Assembly: GCA_963664435.2 (NCBI GenBank)
Contig: CAXXKM010000003.1
Coordinates: 224,001-288,000, forward strand
DNA length: 64,000 nucleotides
Reading direction: 5' to 3'
Source: Longimicrobiales bacterium
GTDB lineage: Bacteria > Gemmatimonadota > Gemmatimonadetes > Longimicrobiales > Gaopeijiaceae
Shown here: piece after piece, positions 1 to 10,495 of the stretch
Numbering within the stretch: position 1 is the first letter of the stretch
Layout of the letters: each line of letters begins with the position of its first letter
Made by a program: the position numbers and the translations under genes
The notes under the pieces: model-generated
What the model was told of the DNA's origin: nothing
Seen by the model: only the letters and a program-made list of their open reading frames with translations
Databases searched by the model: none

Positions 1-1474
1 CGCTTCGCGCGCTCCGATTCGGTGCGGCGCGCGTCCGCGTCCTCCTTTAGCGTCTTCAGCCGGTCGATGGCGTCCCGTTCCGCCTGCCACCCGGCCTTCA
101 TGCTGGAGCTGCGTTCCCTGAGCTCGGCCAGCTCGATGCGGATGCGCTCCAGGCGTTCCCGCGCCGAGGGGTCGTCGTGCTCATCCTCAAGCGCCTGGCG
201 CTCGATCTCGAGCTGGATGGCACGCCGTTCGACCTGGTCGATCTCGGTGGGCAGGGAGTCGATCTCGATCTGGAGCCGGCTGCCCGCCTCGTCCATGAGG
301 TCGATCGCCTTGTCGGGCAGGAAGCGGCCGCCGATGTAGCGGTCGGACAGCCGCGCGGCCGCCACCAGGGCGTCGTCGCGGATGCGCACGCCGTGATGCA
401 CCTCGTAGCGCTCCTTGAGGCCCCTCAGGATCGCGATCGTGTCGTCGACCGACGGCGGCGCCACGTACACGGGCTGGAAGCGCCGCTCCAGGGCAGCGTC
501 CTTCTCGATATGCCTGCGGTACTCGTCGAGGGTGGTCGCCCCGACCATGCGCAGCGCGCCCCGCGCCAGCAGGGGCTTCATCATGTTACCGGCGTCCACC
601 GCCCCTTCCGCCGCCCCGGCGCCCACGACCGTGTGCAGCTCGTCGACGAACATGACGAAGCGGCCCTCGGCATCGGTAATCTCCTTCAGCACCGCCTTCA
701 TGCGCTCCTCGAACTCGCCGCGGTACCTGGCTCCGGCGAGCATGGCCGAAATGTCGAGGGAGAGGAAGGTCTTTTCGGCAAGCGCGGCGGGAACGTCGCC
801 GGCCACGATGCGCTGGGCCAGGCCTTCGGCGATGGCGGTCTTCCCCACCCCGGGCTCGCCGATGAGCACGGGATTGTTCTTGGTGCGGCGCGCGAGCACC
901 TTGATCACCCGGCGGATTTCGGCGTCCCGGCCGATGACCGGATCCAGCTTGCCCCGCCGCGCCAGCTCGGTGAGGTCGCGACTGTAGCGCGCGAGAGCCT
1001 GGTACCGGTCCTCCGGAGTCTGATCGGTGACCCGGTGGCTGCCGCGGACGGCCGACAGCGCCTCCAGCACCCGCTCCTCCGTGGCGCCCGCCCCCGCAGG
1101 ATTTCGCCCGCGTCGTCCTTCTCCACGGTGAGCCCGAGCAGGAGGTGCTCGGTCGACACGTAGTCGTCCCCGAGGTCCGCGGCGTGTCCCTCGGCCGCGG
1201 AGAACGCGCGGGCGAGATCGCGGCTGACGCGCGGCTCCGATCCCCCCGAGACGCGGCCGAGTCCGTCGATTGCGGCCCGCACCCGCGCGCCCACCGCGGC
1301 GGCGGGGACGCCGATCTTGTCCAGAATCGGCGTGACGATTCCCTCTTCCTGGCCAAGAAGGGCGTCGAGGAGGTGGATGCCGTAGACCTCCGCGCTCTCA
1401 CGCCGCGTGGCATCCACGAGTGCAGCCCGCAGCGCCTCGGCCGCCTTCACCGTCAAACGGTCGACTTCGATCAT
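1..1474 (-). CDS. clpB: ATP-dependent chaperone ClpB, 5' part (truncated by window edge; 1-nt frameshift at C5 run 1091-1095)
   Basis: Clp N-domain ([15 protein letters not shown]...[13 protein letters not shown]) in one frame. After the G5 run another frame gives [15 protein letters not shown], Walker A GEPGVGKT, Walker [25 protein letters not shown] and the start of the ClpB middle coiled coil. Confidence 0.95.
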
Positions 1475-1510
1475 CTGATGTTCCTTTTATCTCTGGTCAC
1501 GCAAGCTGTG

Positions 1511-1553
1511 TCTGCCATTTTGGCAGATCATGAGTCTGCCATTTTGGCAGACT
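1511..1553. promoter_or_regulatory. Tandem palindromic operator-like repeat TCTGCCA-TTT-TGGCAGA x2 upstream of clpB
   Basis: Identical 17-mers at 1511-1527 and 1535-1551 (24-bp period). Each is an inverted repeat; the second extends to 9-bp arms (1533-1553). Confidence 0.75.
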
Positions 1554-1758
1554 TCGATGCCGAAACCCCGCTCCATCCACCCGCGCAGGGGCTCTCGGGG
1601 CATCCGTCGTCCCTGTGAAATTCAAGTTTCGGACCATCCCACGAGGCCGCGGTGTAGCCAGTTCCAGCCGGCTCGGCGTCCGCCGCTCGCGCGCTTGACA
1701 AGCCGAGAAGACGCGATCCACGTTGCCCGGGTTCCGCGCAACCGTGGCTGGAGGCAGA

Positions 1759-3756
1759 ATGGCGACAGTCGACCCGGGGCCCCGCGGCGGGCTCCCTCCC
1801 CAGGCCTACGAGACCCTTCCCGGCGACCAGTACCGCCCGTACGTCGGCGCGCGCGAGCAAATCCTGGAGTTCACGCCCCGGGCGGTGCTGATCGGAGCCG
1901 TTCTGGGCATCGTGTTCGGGGCGGCCAACGCCTACCTGGGGCTGCGCGTCGGGCTCACGGTGAGCGCCTCGATTCCGGCCGCGGTCATGGCGGTGGCCAT
2001 CTTCCGCATCTGGGGCGGCACCATCCTCGAGTCCAACATGGTGCAGACGGTGGGGTCGGCGGGAGAATCCCTGGCCGCCGGAGTCATCTTCACCCTCCCC
2101 GCGCTCTTCCTCTGGGCGCGCGAGGATCCGGCCATCCTGGTCAGCGTCACCCAGATCACGGTGATCGCGCTCTTCGGCGGCATGCTGGGCGTGCTGTTCA
2201 TGATCCCCCTGCGCTCCTACCTCATTTCGCGCGAGCACGGCAAGCTGCCCTATCCCGAAGGCACCGCGTGCGCCGAGGTTCAGGTGGCGGGAGACGTGGG
2301 CGGCGGCAAGGCCCGCCTCCTCTTCGCCGGCCTCGGCGTCGGCGCCGTCTATCAGGCGCTGGCCAACCCCCGCGGGCTTTCGCTGTGGAACGAGTCGCCG
2401 TCTGCGCCTCTCCCGGCCAAGGCGCAGATCGGCGGAGACTTCACCCCCGAGCTGCTGGGCGTCGGGTTCATCATCGGACCGCGCATCGCCACCATCATGT
2501 TCTCGGGAAGCGCGCTGGCCTGGCTGGTGCTGATCCCGGTGATCAACGCCTGGGGCGGGAACGACGTGGTGTACCCGGGCACGGTTCCGATGGCGGAGCT
2601 GGGATCCGCGGAGATCTGGAGCAACTACATTCGCTACGTCGGGGCCGGCGCCGTGGCCTTCGGCGGCATCGCGACCCTCCTCAAGTCGCTGCCCACCATG
2701 ATCGAGAGCTTCAAGCTCGGGCTGGGCGGCATCGGCGGGGGTTGCGGGGCGACCTCGCGTACGCAGCGGGACCTGTCCATGCGCTTCGTCTTCACCCTCG
2801 CGCCGCTGCTGGCCTTGGCCCTCTGGCTCTGGCCGGGCGTCCCGGTGAACCTGCTGGGCGCGATCCTGATCGTGCTCTTCAGCTTCTTCTTCGTCACCGT
2901 CTCCTCGCGCATCGTGGGGCTCATCGGCTCTTCGTCCAACCCGGTGTCGGGGATGACCATCGCCGCCCTGCTGCTCACCTCGCTGATCTGGGTGGGGCTG
3001 GGGCTGAACGACGGTAGCGCCGCCTCCAAGGTCGCGGTGCTGGCGGTGGGCGCGGTGGTGTGCATCTCGGCGGCCATCGCGGGGGACACCTCGCAGGATC
3101 TCAAGACCGGGTTCCTCCTGGGAGCCACCCCGCGCTCGCAGCAGATCGGCGAGCTGATCGGGGTGATCACCAGCGCGGCGGTGATGGGCGGAGTGCTGAT
3201 CGTCCTCAATGAATCGTACGGCATCGGAGGCGCGGAGCTGGCGGCGCCCCAGGCGAACCTGATGAAGCTGGTGGTGGACGGCGTTCTGGCCGATACCCTG
3301 CCGTGGATGTTCGTCATCGTCGGCATGGCGCTGGCCGCCGTCGTCGAGTTCGGGCTCAGGCTGCCGTCGCTGGCGTTTGCCGTGGGCCTGTATCTGCCGG
3401 TTTCGCTGATGACCCCGATCTTCGTGGGGGGCATGATGCGGCGCGCGCTGACCCTTCGCTACGCGGGCCCGGACGGCGGCGGAGAGCGGCTGGCCGATCA
3501 GCGCGAGCGGGGCGTCCTGTTCGGCTCCGGTCTGATCGCCGGGGCGGCGCTGGTGGGGGTGCTGATCGGAGGCGCGATCTACGTGGTCACGCAGGTGACC
3601 GGCGATCCCTCGCGCGCCAGCCAGTGGATCGTGGGCCACGAGTGGTACGCGGGCCTCTTCCCCGGATTCTCCGAGCTGGTCGGCACGCTCATCTTCGTGG
3701 GGCTCTGCCTGCTCCTCTGGCGCGCGGCCAACAGCGGAAAGGCAGGTGAGGCATGA
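1759..3756 (+). CDS. Oligopeptide transporter, OPT family
   Basis: Many TM helices; AANAYLGLRVGLTVSASIPAAV, LPYPEGTACAEV, SSNPVSGMTIA, DTSQDLKTG, APQANLM motifs; GGAGG RBS before ATG at 1759; TTGACA at 1695. Confidence 0.92.
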   Translation: MATVDPGPRGGLPPQAYETLPGDQYRPYVGAREQILEFTPRAVLIGAVLGIVFGAANAYLGLRVGLTVSASIPAAVMAVAIFRIWGGTILESNMVQTVGSAGESLAAGVIFTLPALFLWAREDPAILVSVTQITVIALFGGMLGVLFMIPLRSYLISREHGKLPYPEGTACAEVQVAGDVGGGKARLLFAGLGVGAVYQALANPRGLSLWNESPSAPLPAKAQIGGDFTPELLGVGFIIGPRIATIMFSGSALAWLVLIPVINAWGGNDVVYPGTVPMAELGSAEIWSNYIRYVGAGAVAFGGIATLLKSLPTMIESFKLGLGGIGGGCGATSRTQRDLSMRFVFTLAPLLALALWLWPGVPVNLLGAILIVLFSFFFVTVSSRIVGLIGSSSNPVSGMTIAALLLTSLIWVGLGLNDGSAASKVAVLAVGAVVCISAAIAGDTSQDLKTGFLLGATPRSQQIGELIGVITSAAVMGGVLIVLNESYGIGGAELAAPQANLMKLVVDGVLADTLPWMFVIVGMALAAVVEFGLRLPSLAFAVGLYLPVSLMTPIFVGGMMRRALTLRYAGPDGGGERLADQRERGVLFGSGLIAGAALVGVLIGGAIYVVTQVTGDPSRASQWIVGHEWYAGLFPGFSELVGTLIFVGLCLLLWRAANSGKAGEA

Positions 3757-4103
3757 GAGGGATGACGGCGCGCGGCGTGGGCAACCTTCTGGGAGGCGGC
3801 CTGCTGTGTCTCCTGCTCGCGTGCGGTGGCGAACAGGCGCCCGAGGCGGCGGGGACGATCTCCCGCGACGCCTTCGTAGGCGCCTATGTGGAGTTGCGCC
3901 TGGCGGCGCTCCATTCACCCGATGGCCGGGTCAGTCCGGAGACGAAGGCGGAGATCCTGGAGGCGAAGGGGGTCACCGAGGCCGACCTGCTCGAGTACGT
4001 CGACGTCCACGGGGCCCAGGTGCAGTTCATGGTCGAGGTGTGGGCCGAGATCGACGATACCCTCCGGTCCCTGCGCACGGACGAGCCCGCCCCGGCGTCC
4101 TGA
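3753..4103 (+). CDS. Small putative lipoprotein (DUF4296-like)
   Basis: Lipobox LLA-C after a hydrophobic stretch; helical ILEAKGVTEADL segment; ATGA overlap with the OPT stop. Confidence 0.65.
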   Translation: MRGMTARGVGNLLGGGLLCLLLACGGEQAPEAAGTISRDAFVGAYVELRLAALHSPDGRVSPETKAEILEAKGVTEADLLEYVDVHGAQVQFMVEVWAEIDDTLRSLRTDEPAPAS

Positions 4104-4132
4104 CTCCTGCGGGCGCGGGATGCGCGTCCTCC

Positions 4133-5689
4133 TCACTCCCACTCGATGGTGGCCGGGGGCTTGGAGCTGACGTCGTAGGCCACGCGGTTCACCCCCGCGA
4201 CCTCGTTGATGATGCGGGTGGAGGCACGCGCGAGGACGTCCGGCGGAAACCGGTACCAGTCGGCTGTCATCCCGTCGCGCGAGGTCACGGCGCGCAGCGT
4301 CACCGCACAGTCGTAGGTGCGCGCGTCGCCCATCACGCCGACCGAGCGCACCGGCAGCAGCACCGCGAACGCCTGCCATATCTCGTCGTAGAGTCCGGCG
4401 GCACGGATCTCGTCCAGAAAGATGGCGTCCGCTTCGCGCAGCACCTCCAGCCGCTCCCCCGTGACCTCGCCCAGGATGCGCACGGCAAGGCCCGGTCCCG
4501 GGAAGGGATGGCGCGCCACGAACGCCTCGGGGAGGCCCAGCTCCCGCCCCACCCTGCGGACCTCGTCCTTGAAGAGTTCCCTGAGCGGCTCGATCAGCTC
4601 GAACGGCATGTCGTCCGGGAGCCCGCCCACGTTGTGATGGGTCTTGATCGTCGCGGACGGTCCCCGCACCGAGAGGGACTCGATGACGTCCGGGTAGAGC
4701 GTGCCCTGCACGAGCAGAGACACCTCCTTGCCGGCCTCGCGCGCCGTGCGCTCGAATACGCGGATGAAGATCTCGCCGATGATCCGGCGCTTGCGTTCGG
4801 GATCGTCAACCCCCGCCAACCCCGCCAGGAACTCCTCGCGCGCATCGGCGACCAGCAGTTCCATCCCCATGTGTCGGTGGAAGGTGCGCTCCACGCCCTC
4901 GCGTTCGCCTTTTCGGAGCAGCCCGTTGTCCACGAAGATGCAAGTCAGGCGGTCGCCGAGCGCCCGATGCACCAAGGTGGCCGCGACCGAGGAATCGACG
5001 CCCCCGGAAAGGCCACAGATGGCGGAGCGGCCTCCGGCCTGCTCGCGGATGGCGGCGATGCTCTCCTCGACGAACGCGCTCGCCGTCCAACTGGGACGGC
5101 AACCGGCGACGCGGAAGAGGAAGTTGGACAGCATCCGGTCCCCTTCCGGAGTGTGCGCGACTTCCGGATGAAACTGCACTCCGTAGATGGACCGGTCCTC
5201 GGCCCGGAACGCCGCCACCGGAAGGCCCTCCGTCGAAGCAACGACGCGGTACCCCTCCGGAGGCCGGTCCACATGATCGCCGTGGGAACACCACACCGTG
5301 ACGGGATCTGCATGCGCGAATCCCGCAAACAGGCCATCGGCTTCCGCCAGGCGCAGTTCGGCTCGCCCGTATTCGCGCTTGCCGCGCTCCACCCGTCCAC
5401 CCTCCAGCTCGGCGATCAGCTGCATGCCGTAGCAGATCCCCAGTACCGGAACATCCATGTGCAGCAGTTCGGGCTCCACCCCCGGGCCATCGTCCTCGTA
5501 GACCGATGACGGCCCGCCCGAGAGCACGATCGCGCTGGGCGCCCAGCTTCGTATCCACTCCAGCGACCGGGTCGGCGGGTGAATCTCGCAGAAGACCCGC
5601 TCCTCGCGGACGCGGCGCGCGATGAGCTGGGTGAACTGCGATCCGTAATCGAGGATCAGCACCCGGTCGCGCGGTTTGATGAAGGTCAT
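4133..5689 (-). CDS. guaA: GMP synthase (glutamine-hydrolysing)
   Basis: [43 protein letters not shown]; start ATG 5689 overlaps the lysA stop. Confidence 0.97.
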   Translation of the reverse strand: MTFIKPRDRVLILDYGSQFTQLIARRVREERVFCEIHPPTRSLEWIRSWAPSAIVLSGGPSSVYEDDGPGVEPELLHMDVPVLGICYGMQLIAELEGGRVERGKREYGRAELRLAEADGLFAGFAHADPVTVWCSHGDHVDRPPEGYRVVASTEGLPVAAFRAEDRSIYGVQFHPEVAHTPEGDRMLSNFLFRVAGCRPSWTASAFVEESIAAIREQAGGRSAICGLSGGVDSSVAATLVHRALGDRLTCIFVDNGLLRKGEREGVERTFHRHMGMELLVADAREEFLAGLAGVDDPERKRRIIGEIFIRVFERTAREAGKEVSLLVQGTLYPDVIESLSVRGPSATIKTHHNVGGLPDDMPFELIEPLRELFKDEVRRVGRELGLPEAFVARHPFPGPGLAVRILGEVTGERLEVLREADAIFLDEIRAAGLYDEIWQAFAVLLPVRSVGVMGDARTYDCAVTLRAVTSRDGMTADWYRFPPDVLARASTRIINEVAGVNRVAYDVSSKPPATIEWE

Positions 5690-6939
5690 GACGGGATCCT
5701 CTCCCCGCGAACCAGGTCGGCGAAAGTCTCCCGCTCGCGGATCAGATGCAGTCCGCCGTCGGCAACCAGCACTTCCGCTGGACGCAGGCGGCTGTTGTAG
5801 TTCGAGGCCATGGCAAAACCGTAGGCTCCGGCGGTCCTCACCACCATCAAATCGCCTGCGGATGGTAGTTCGATAGCGCGGTCCCGCGCGAGAAAATCGC
5901 CGTCCTCGCACACGGGACCCACCACGTCGCTCACCACCACCGCAGCGCCCGGACGCGTGCGCACCGGCTCGATCTGGTGATAGCCGCCGTAGTGGCTGGG
6001 GCGCAGCAGCTCGGTCATGCCCCCGTCCGTGATTACGAAGGTCTTGTTCCCGGAGCGCTTCAGGTATAGCACGCGCACGATGAGCGTGCCGGCTTCACCG
6101 ACGATGAAGCGACCCGGTTCCAGGATCAGCCGGAGCCGGCGCTCGATCACGGCAGGGAGCACCGCCGAGGCGAGACGGGCGAGATCGATCTCGGGTTCGT
6201 CTCCGTAGGCGACCCCGAATCCGCCACCCAGATCGACGTATTCCAGCGGGATGCCCTCATCGGAAAGCGCTCGCTCCAGGGCAAGAAGCCCGCGTGCGGC
6301 GCGCTGATAGGGTTCGATGTCCACGATCTGCGACCCGATGTGAACCGCGATACCCGCCACCTGGAGCGGCGCCCGCGAGGCCGCGCGGCGATAGAGGTCC
6401 ATCACTTCGCCGACGGGAATGCCGAACTTGGTGCCGGCGTGCCCCGTGCGCGTGTACTCGTGAGGCGTGGGCGAGGCGATGTCGAGGTTCACGCGCAGCG
6501 CGATGCGGGCCCGGACACCCCGCCGGGCCGCGATTCGCTCAAGCAGGCGGAGCTCCTCCCGGCTCTCGACGTTGAAGCCGTAGATGCCCGCATCGAGCCC
6601 GGCGTCCAGCTCCTCCTCGCTCTTGCCCGCGCCGGCGAAGACGATCCGCTCCGCCGGAATCCCCGCCGCGAGCGCACGCGCCAGTTCGCCCCCGCTCACG
6701 ATGTCGGCGCCGGAACCGAGTCGGGCCAGGCGGTTGAGGAGCGCCAGGCTTCCGTTGGCCTTGACCGAGTACGCGACAAGCAGGCGGGCGCCCGGAAAGG
6801 CGGCCTTGAAGGTGCGGAATCTCTGTTCGAGCAGAGCGCCATCGTAGAGGTAGAGCGGGGTCCCGAAGCGAGCAGCGATGTCGTCGAGGGCGAACCGTCC
6901 GCAGTGGAGCACGCCACCCGAGCGAGCCAGGGGGGTCAC
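5686..6939 (-). CDS. lysA: Diaminopimelate decarboxylase
   Basis: YSVKAN (PLP Lys), [36 protein letters not shown]. Confidence 0.95.
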   Translation of the reverse strand: MTPLARSGGVLHCGRFALDDIAARFGTPLYLYDGALLEQRFRTFKAAFPGARLLVAYSVKANGSLALLNRLARLGSGADIVSGGELARALAAGIPAERIVFAGAGKSEEELDAGLDAGIYGFNVESREELRLLERIAARRGVRARIALRVNLDIASPTPHEYTRTGHAGTKFGIPVGEVMDLYRRAASRAPLQVAGIAVHIGSQIVDIEPYQRAARGLLALERALSDEGIPLEYVDLGGGFGVAYGDEPEIDLARLASAVLPAVIERRLRLILEPGRFIVGEAGTLIVRVLYLKRSGNKTFVITDGGMTELLRPSHYGGYHQIEPVRTRPGAAVVVSDVVGPVCEDGDFLARDRAIELPSAGDLMVVRTAGAYGFAMASNYNSRLRPAEVLVADGGLHLIRERETFADLVRGERIPS

Positions 6940-6940
6940 C

Positions 6941-8401
6941 TCAGTATGCCCGCGCCCACGCCACCTCCATTGCAGCAGCGCCGCCGCCGATGCACCGCGA
7001 CGGCCGGCTGGACGACGCGAACTCGTCGTCGGGGATTACCCGGATCGTGGCCTTCGTGGCCTGCTTGACCCTCTCCTCCACGTCGGGGTCGCCGCTCCAC
7101 CCGGTGTACACCAGGCCACCTCCGCCCTCCAGAATCTCCTTCAGCTCGCCGATATCCGAGATCCCCCGGTGGGAGTTGGCCTCGCGGCGCGCGCGGGCGC
7201 CCTCGAGCAGGTCTTCGTGGAATTCGTCGAGCAGAGCGGGAAGCGTGGCCAAGGCCTCCTCGCGCGCCAGGAAGCGCTTGCGCTTCCCGTCCGGGAACGG
7301 AAGTCGCCGGGCCAGCACTACCTGCCCCTTCGCCACGTCGCGAGGCCCGATCTCGGCCCGGAAAGGCACGCCCTTTCGTTCCCACTCGTAGAACTTGGCG
7401 CCCGGATTAAGGTGGTCGCGCGCATCAACCCGCACGCGCACCCCCGCCGAGATCAGCTGTTCGCGGAAGCGGTCGGCTTCCTCCATCACCAGCGCGCGCT
7501 GCGCGTCCGTGCGCCAGATGGGCACTACCACGACCTGCGCCGGAGCGATGCGCGGCGGCACGACGATCCCGCTGTCGTCGCCGTGGGTCATCACCATGCC
7601 CCCGACCATGCGCGTCGAAACGCCCCAGGACGTATTCCAGGCGTACTCCTCGCGCCCCTCCTCGCTCTGGAAGGTGAGGCCGAACTGGCGCGAGAAGTTC
7701 TGCCCCAGAAAGTGGGAAGTGCCCGCCTGGAGCGCGCGATTGTCCTGCATCAGCGCTTCCACGGAATAGCTTCGCACCGCACCCGCGAACTTCTCCGAGT
7801 CGCTCTTGAGCCCGCTGATCGGGGGCATCGCGATCCAGTCCTCCTGGAACTTCCGGTACACCCCCAGCATGCGCCGGGCCTCCTCTTCGGCCTCCGCCTG
7901 CGTCGCATGTGCGGTGTGGCCCTCCTGCCAGAGGAATTCCGAGGTGCGCAGGAATAGCCGGGTGCGCAGCTCCCAGCGCATCACGTTGCACCACTGGTTC
8001 AGCAGGAGGGGCAGATCGCGGTAGCTCTGCACCCACTTGGCGTACATCGAGTAGATGATGGTCTCGGAGGTCGGGCGCACCACATAGGGCTCCTCCAGTT
8101 CCTTGCCGCCGGCGTGGCTCACCACCGCAAGCTCCGGCTTGAAGCCCTCGACATGCTCCTTCTCGCGCTCGATGAAGCTCATCGGAATGAGCAGGGGGAA
8201 GTACGCGTTTTCGTGGCCGGTCTCCTTGAAGAGGCCGTCCAGTCCCTGCTGCATCAGCTCCCAGATCGCGTATCCCCAGGGTCGGATGACCATGCATCCG
8301 CGTACCGGCGAATAGTCGGCGAGCTCCGCGCGCTGAACCACATCGTTGTACCAGGCCGAGAAGCTCTCGCTTCGGGGCGTCAGCCGTTTGTCATCAGCCA
8401 T
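6941..8401 (-). CDS. proS: Proline--tRNA ligase, archaeal/eukaryote-like type
   Basis: RPTSET, FLRTSEFLWQEGHT, QAGTSHFLGQNF, C-terminal ARAY; no INS editing domain. Confidence 0.96.
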   Translation of the reverse strand: MADDKRLTPRSESFSAWYNDVVQRAELADYSPVRGCMVIRPWGYAIWELMQQGLDGLFKETGHENAYFPLLIPMSFIEREKEHVEGFKPELAVVSHAGGKELEEPYVVRPTSETIIYSMYAKWVQSYRDLPLLLNQWCNVMRWELRTRLFLRTSEFLWQEGHTAHATQAEAEEEARRMLGVYRKFQEDWIAMPPISGLKSDSEKFAGAVRSYSVEALMQDNRALQAGTSHFLGQNFSRQFGLTFQSEEGREEYAWNTSWGVSTRMVGGMVMTHGDDSGIVVPPRIAPAQVVVVPIWRTDAQRALVMEEADRFREQLISAGVRVRVDARDHLNPGAKFYEWERKGVPFRAEIGPRDVAKGQVVLARRLPFPDGKRKRFLAREEALATLPALLDEFHEDLLEGARARREANSHRGISDIGELKEILEGGGGLVYTGWSGDPDVEERVKQATKATIRVIPDDEFASSSRPSRCIGGGAAAMEVAWARAY

Positions 8402-8684
8402 TTGTCTGATCCTGGGGGTGGCCCGCGGCGCCGCGGGAAGGATCGCGCCTGCTCTCTCTGCGGAATACGAAGAAGCCGGGAACGCTGAAGAGCAGGAGCG
8501 AGGAGACGAACCACGATATCCGGAACGGCGCGCCCGTCAACTCGTTCAGGAGCAGCGCCACCAGCGCCCCCCCGCCCAGCGACATCGCCGCGGCCGCGGC
8601 CAGAATGAAGTACTCGAGGATGTTGAGCCGGCGCACGGCGCGGGCCATGTCCCTGCGCACCCCCTTGTTGCCGTCGGCTACCAT
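8394..8684 (-). CDS. Small hypothetical membrane protein (2 TM)
   Basis: Two hydrophobic segments (YFILAAAAAMSLGGGALVALLL; WFVSSLLLFSVPGFFVF); overlaps both neighbours; start uncertain (8684 or 8648). Confidence 0.65.
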   Translation of the reverse strand: MVADGNKGVRRDMARAVRRLNILEYFILAAAAAMSLGGGALVALLLNELTGAPFRISWFVSSLLLFSVPGFFVFRRESRRDPSRGAAGHPQDQTNG

Positions 8685-9187
8685 TCCGGGGGCGCTCCAT
8701 GGTAGAAGTATACCCGGTGGCCCGTTCCCCGCCCTGTCCCCACCTCGCCGTACCACCCTTCCAGCGGAATCCATTCGCCCCAGGCCACGGGCACCAGGTT
8801 CCCCTCGTTCGTTCCCGAGGGCACGGCCGCGTCGTAGACGATCGCGCGAATGGCCACGAGGGTGGAATCGCGAGCGGCCCGTTGGGGCAACAATTCCCGC
8901 AGGGTCCGGCTGAATTCCGCGCGCCCGCCGGGCTCCCGGGCGAGCAGGTGCAGGGTCAGCCGACGCTCGAGCACCGGATCCGGCACCTCGTCGAAGAGCA
9001 TGACGGAGACCGCCTCGGCGGCGTCGGCGCCGAAGGATGAACGGGCCGCGGAGGGCGCGGAAGCGGGTGCCGCGCCCTCTCGCGCCGCGGGTGGACGGTC
9101 GGGAGCACAGGCGCCGACGCAGAGGCACGCCACAGACCCGGCAACGATCCTCCACGCCCGGTGCCGGCCCGCCCCGCGAGTGGTCAT
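8678..9187 (-). CDS. Hypothetical protein, possible lipoprotein
   Basis: Signal-like VACLCVGA-C; fills the gap after hisS with an ATGA overlap. Confidence 0.55.
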   Translation of the reverse strand: MTTRGAGRHRAWRIVAGSVACLCVGACAPDRPPAAREGAAPASAPSAARSSFGADAAEAVSVMLFDEVPDPVLERRLTLHLLAREPGGRAEFSRTLRELLPQRAARDSTLVAIRAIVYDAAVPSGTNEGNLVPVAWGEWIPLEGWYGEVGTGRGTGHRVYFYHGAPPEW

Positions 9188-10488
9188 GATGCCAGGCTGC
9201 CCAGACGCAGGTCGGCGAGGGAGACCTCGTGCTGGGTGCCGTGCGTCATGTCGCGGATCACCGCCACCCCCCTCGCCGTCTCTTCCGGGCCCAGCAGGAT
9301 GACCTTGCGGGCTCCCTGCCTGGCGGCCATGGCGAGCTGCTTTCGCACCGGACGCTGCTCGAGCGCATAGGCGACGGTCGATCCCGCCTCCCGCAGGACA
9401 TGGGCAATTTCCCGTCCCAGAAGGCGCTGGGCCGGAGATACGCTGGCGATGAACCAGTCCATCGACGGGGTGACGTCGGGGAGCAGTTTCCTGTCGCGCA
9501 GCAACTCGGTGAGCACCACGTCTCCCATTCCGAATCCCACCGCGGCAAGGGGTTCGCCGCCGACCCGCTGGAGCAGCTGGTCGTAGCGGCCTCCCCCGCA
9601 GATGGCGCGCAGCTTGCCCTTCCGGTCGAAGAGTTCGAACACGATGCCGGTGTAATACGCCAGGCCGCGCACGATGCGGAGGTCGAAGCGAAGGAAGGGC
9701 GCGAGGCCCATCGCCGTCAGGTCCGCCCGGTAGCGGCGCAGTTCGTCGAGGCTGGCGCCCACGGCCTCACGTTCGCCCAGCAGTTCCTCGACCACATCGA
9801 GCCCGGAACCGTCGAGGATCTCAAGAAGCGAATCCACGCGCCGGCCGGCCAGTCCGGCGGACGCCTGCAGCCGCTCGCGCGTCGCGTCCACGCCCACCCG
9901 TTCGTACTTGTCTATGTCGCTGAAGGTGGCGGCCATTCGGTCCGCCGGCACGTCCAGGGCGGCAAGAACCGCCGACAACAGACGGCGATCCGAGACGCGA
10001 GCCACGAAGTCGTCCGGTCCCAGGCCCAACTCGCGAAGGGCGTCGACGGCAACCGCCAGGACTTCGGCGTCCGCGCCCGTCCGGGGTTCGCCGAGGATGT
10101 CGACGTTCAATTGGAAGTGCTCCCGCAGACGCCCCCGCTGCTGCCGCTCGTAGCGAAACAGCTGGGGAATCGAAAACCAGCGGATGGGCTTGGCCATGGC
10201 CCGGCTGCGCTCACCGAGCATGCGGGCGAGCGACGGCGTCATTTCGGGGCGCAGCGCCACCTCGCGCCCACCCTTGTCGACGAAGGCGTACAGCTGCCCG
10301 ACGATCTCGTCGCCGCTCTTTTCCCGGTAGAGCTCCAGCGGTTCCAGCGGGGGCCCGTCGTATTCCTGGAAGCCGTAGCGGCGCGCCACTCGGCGCCAGC
10401 TTCTGAATACGTGCTCCCGCTCGGCCAGGGCCTCCGGTGCGAAGTCTCGAAAACCCGGAAGTCTGGGAAAACTCTTGCTTTTAGGCAT
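9184..10488 (-). CDS. hisS: Histidine--tRNA ligase
   Basis: LPGFRDF, LRPEMTP, FRYERQQRGRLREHFQ, VRGLAYYTG, GGGRYD; start reassigned to ATG 10488. Confidence 0.96.
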   Translation of the reverse strand: MPKSKSFPRLPGFRDFAPEALAEREHVFRSWRRVARRYGFQEYDGPPLEPLELYREKSGDEIVGQLYAFVDKGGREVALRPEMTPSLARMLGERSRAMAKPIRWFSIPQLFRYERQQRGRLREHFQLNVDILGEPRTGADAEVLAVAVDALRELGLGPDDFVARVSDRRLLSAVLAALDVPADRMAATFSDIDKYERVGVDATRERLQASAGLAGRRVDSLLEILDGSGLDVVEELLGEREAVGASLDELRRYRADLTAMGLAPFLRFDLRIVRGLAYYTGIVFELFDRKGKLRAICGGGRYDQLLQRVGGEPLAAVGFGMGDVVLTELLRDRKLLPDVTPSMDWFIASVSPAQRLLGREIAHVLREAGSTVAYALEQRPVRKQLAMAARQGARKVILLGPEETARGVAVIRDMTHGTQHEVSLADLRLGSLAS

Positions 10489-10495
10489 GGCGGCG

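Noticed and set aside
1501..1517. Sigma54-like TGGCAG...TTGC on the - strand upstream of clpB
   Set aside because: The GG-to-GC spacing is 12 nt rather than the strict 10 nt.
1511..1551. Repeat pair as a mini-CRISPR or REP element
   Set aside because: Only two 17-bp units with a 7-bp spacer, no cas genes, and no other copies seen in the window.
1528..3918. Long antisense and alternative-frame ORFs (also 21094-23235, 26356-28893, 34991-37225, 45573-48749, 57440-59098)
   Set aside because: Shadow ORFs of well-supported genes, caused by stop-codon scarcity at high GC; no recognisable motifs.
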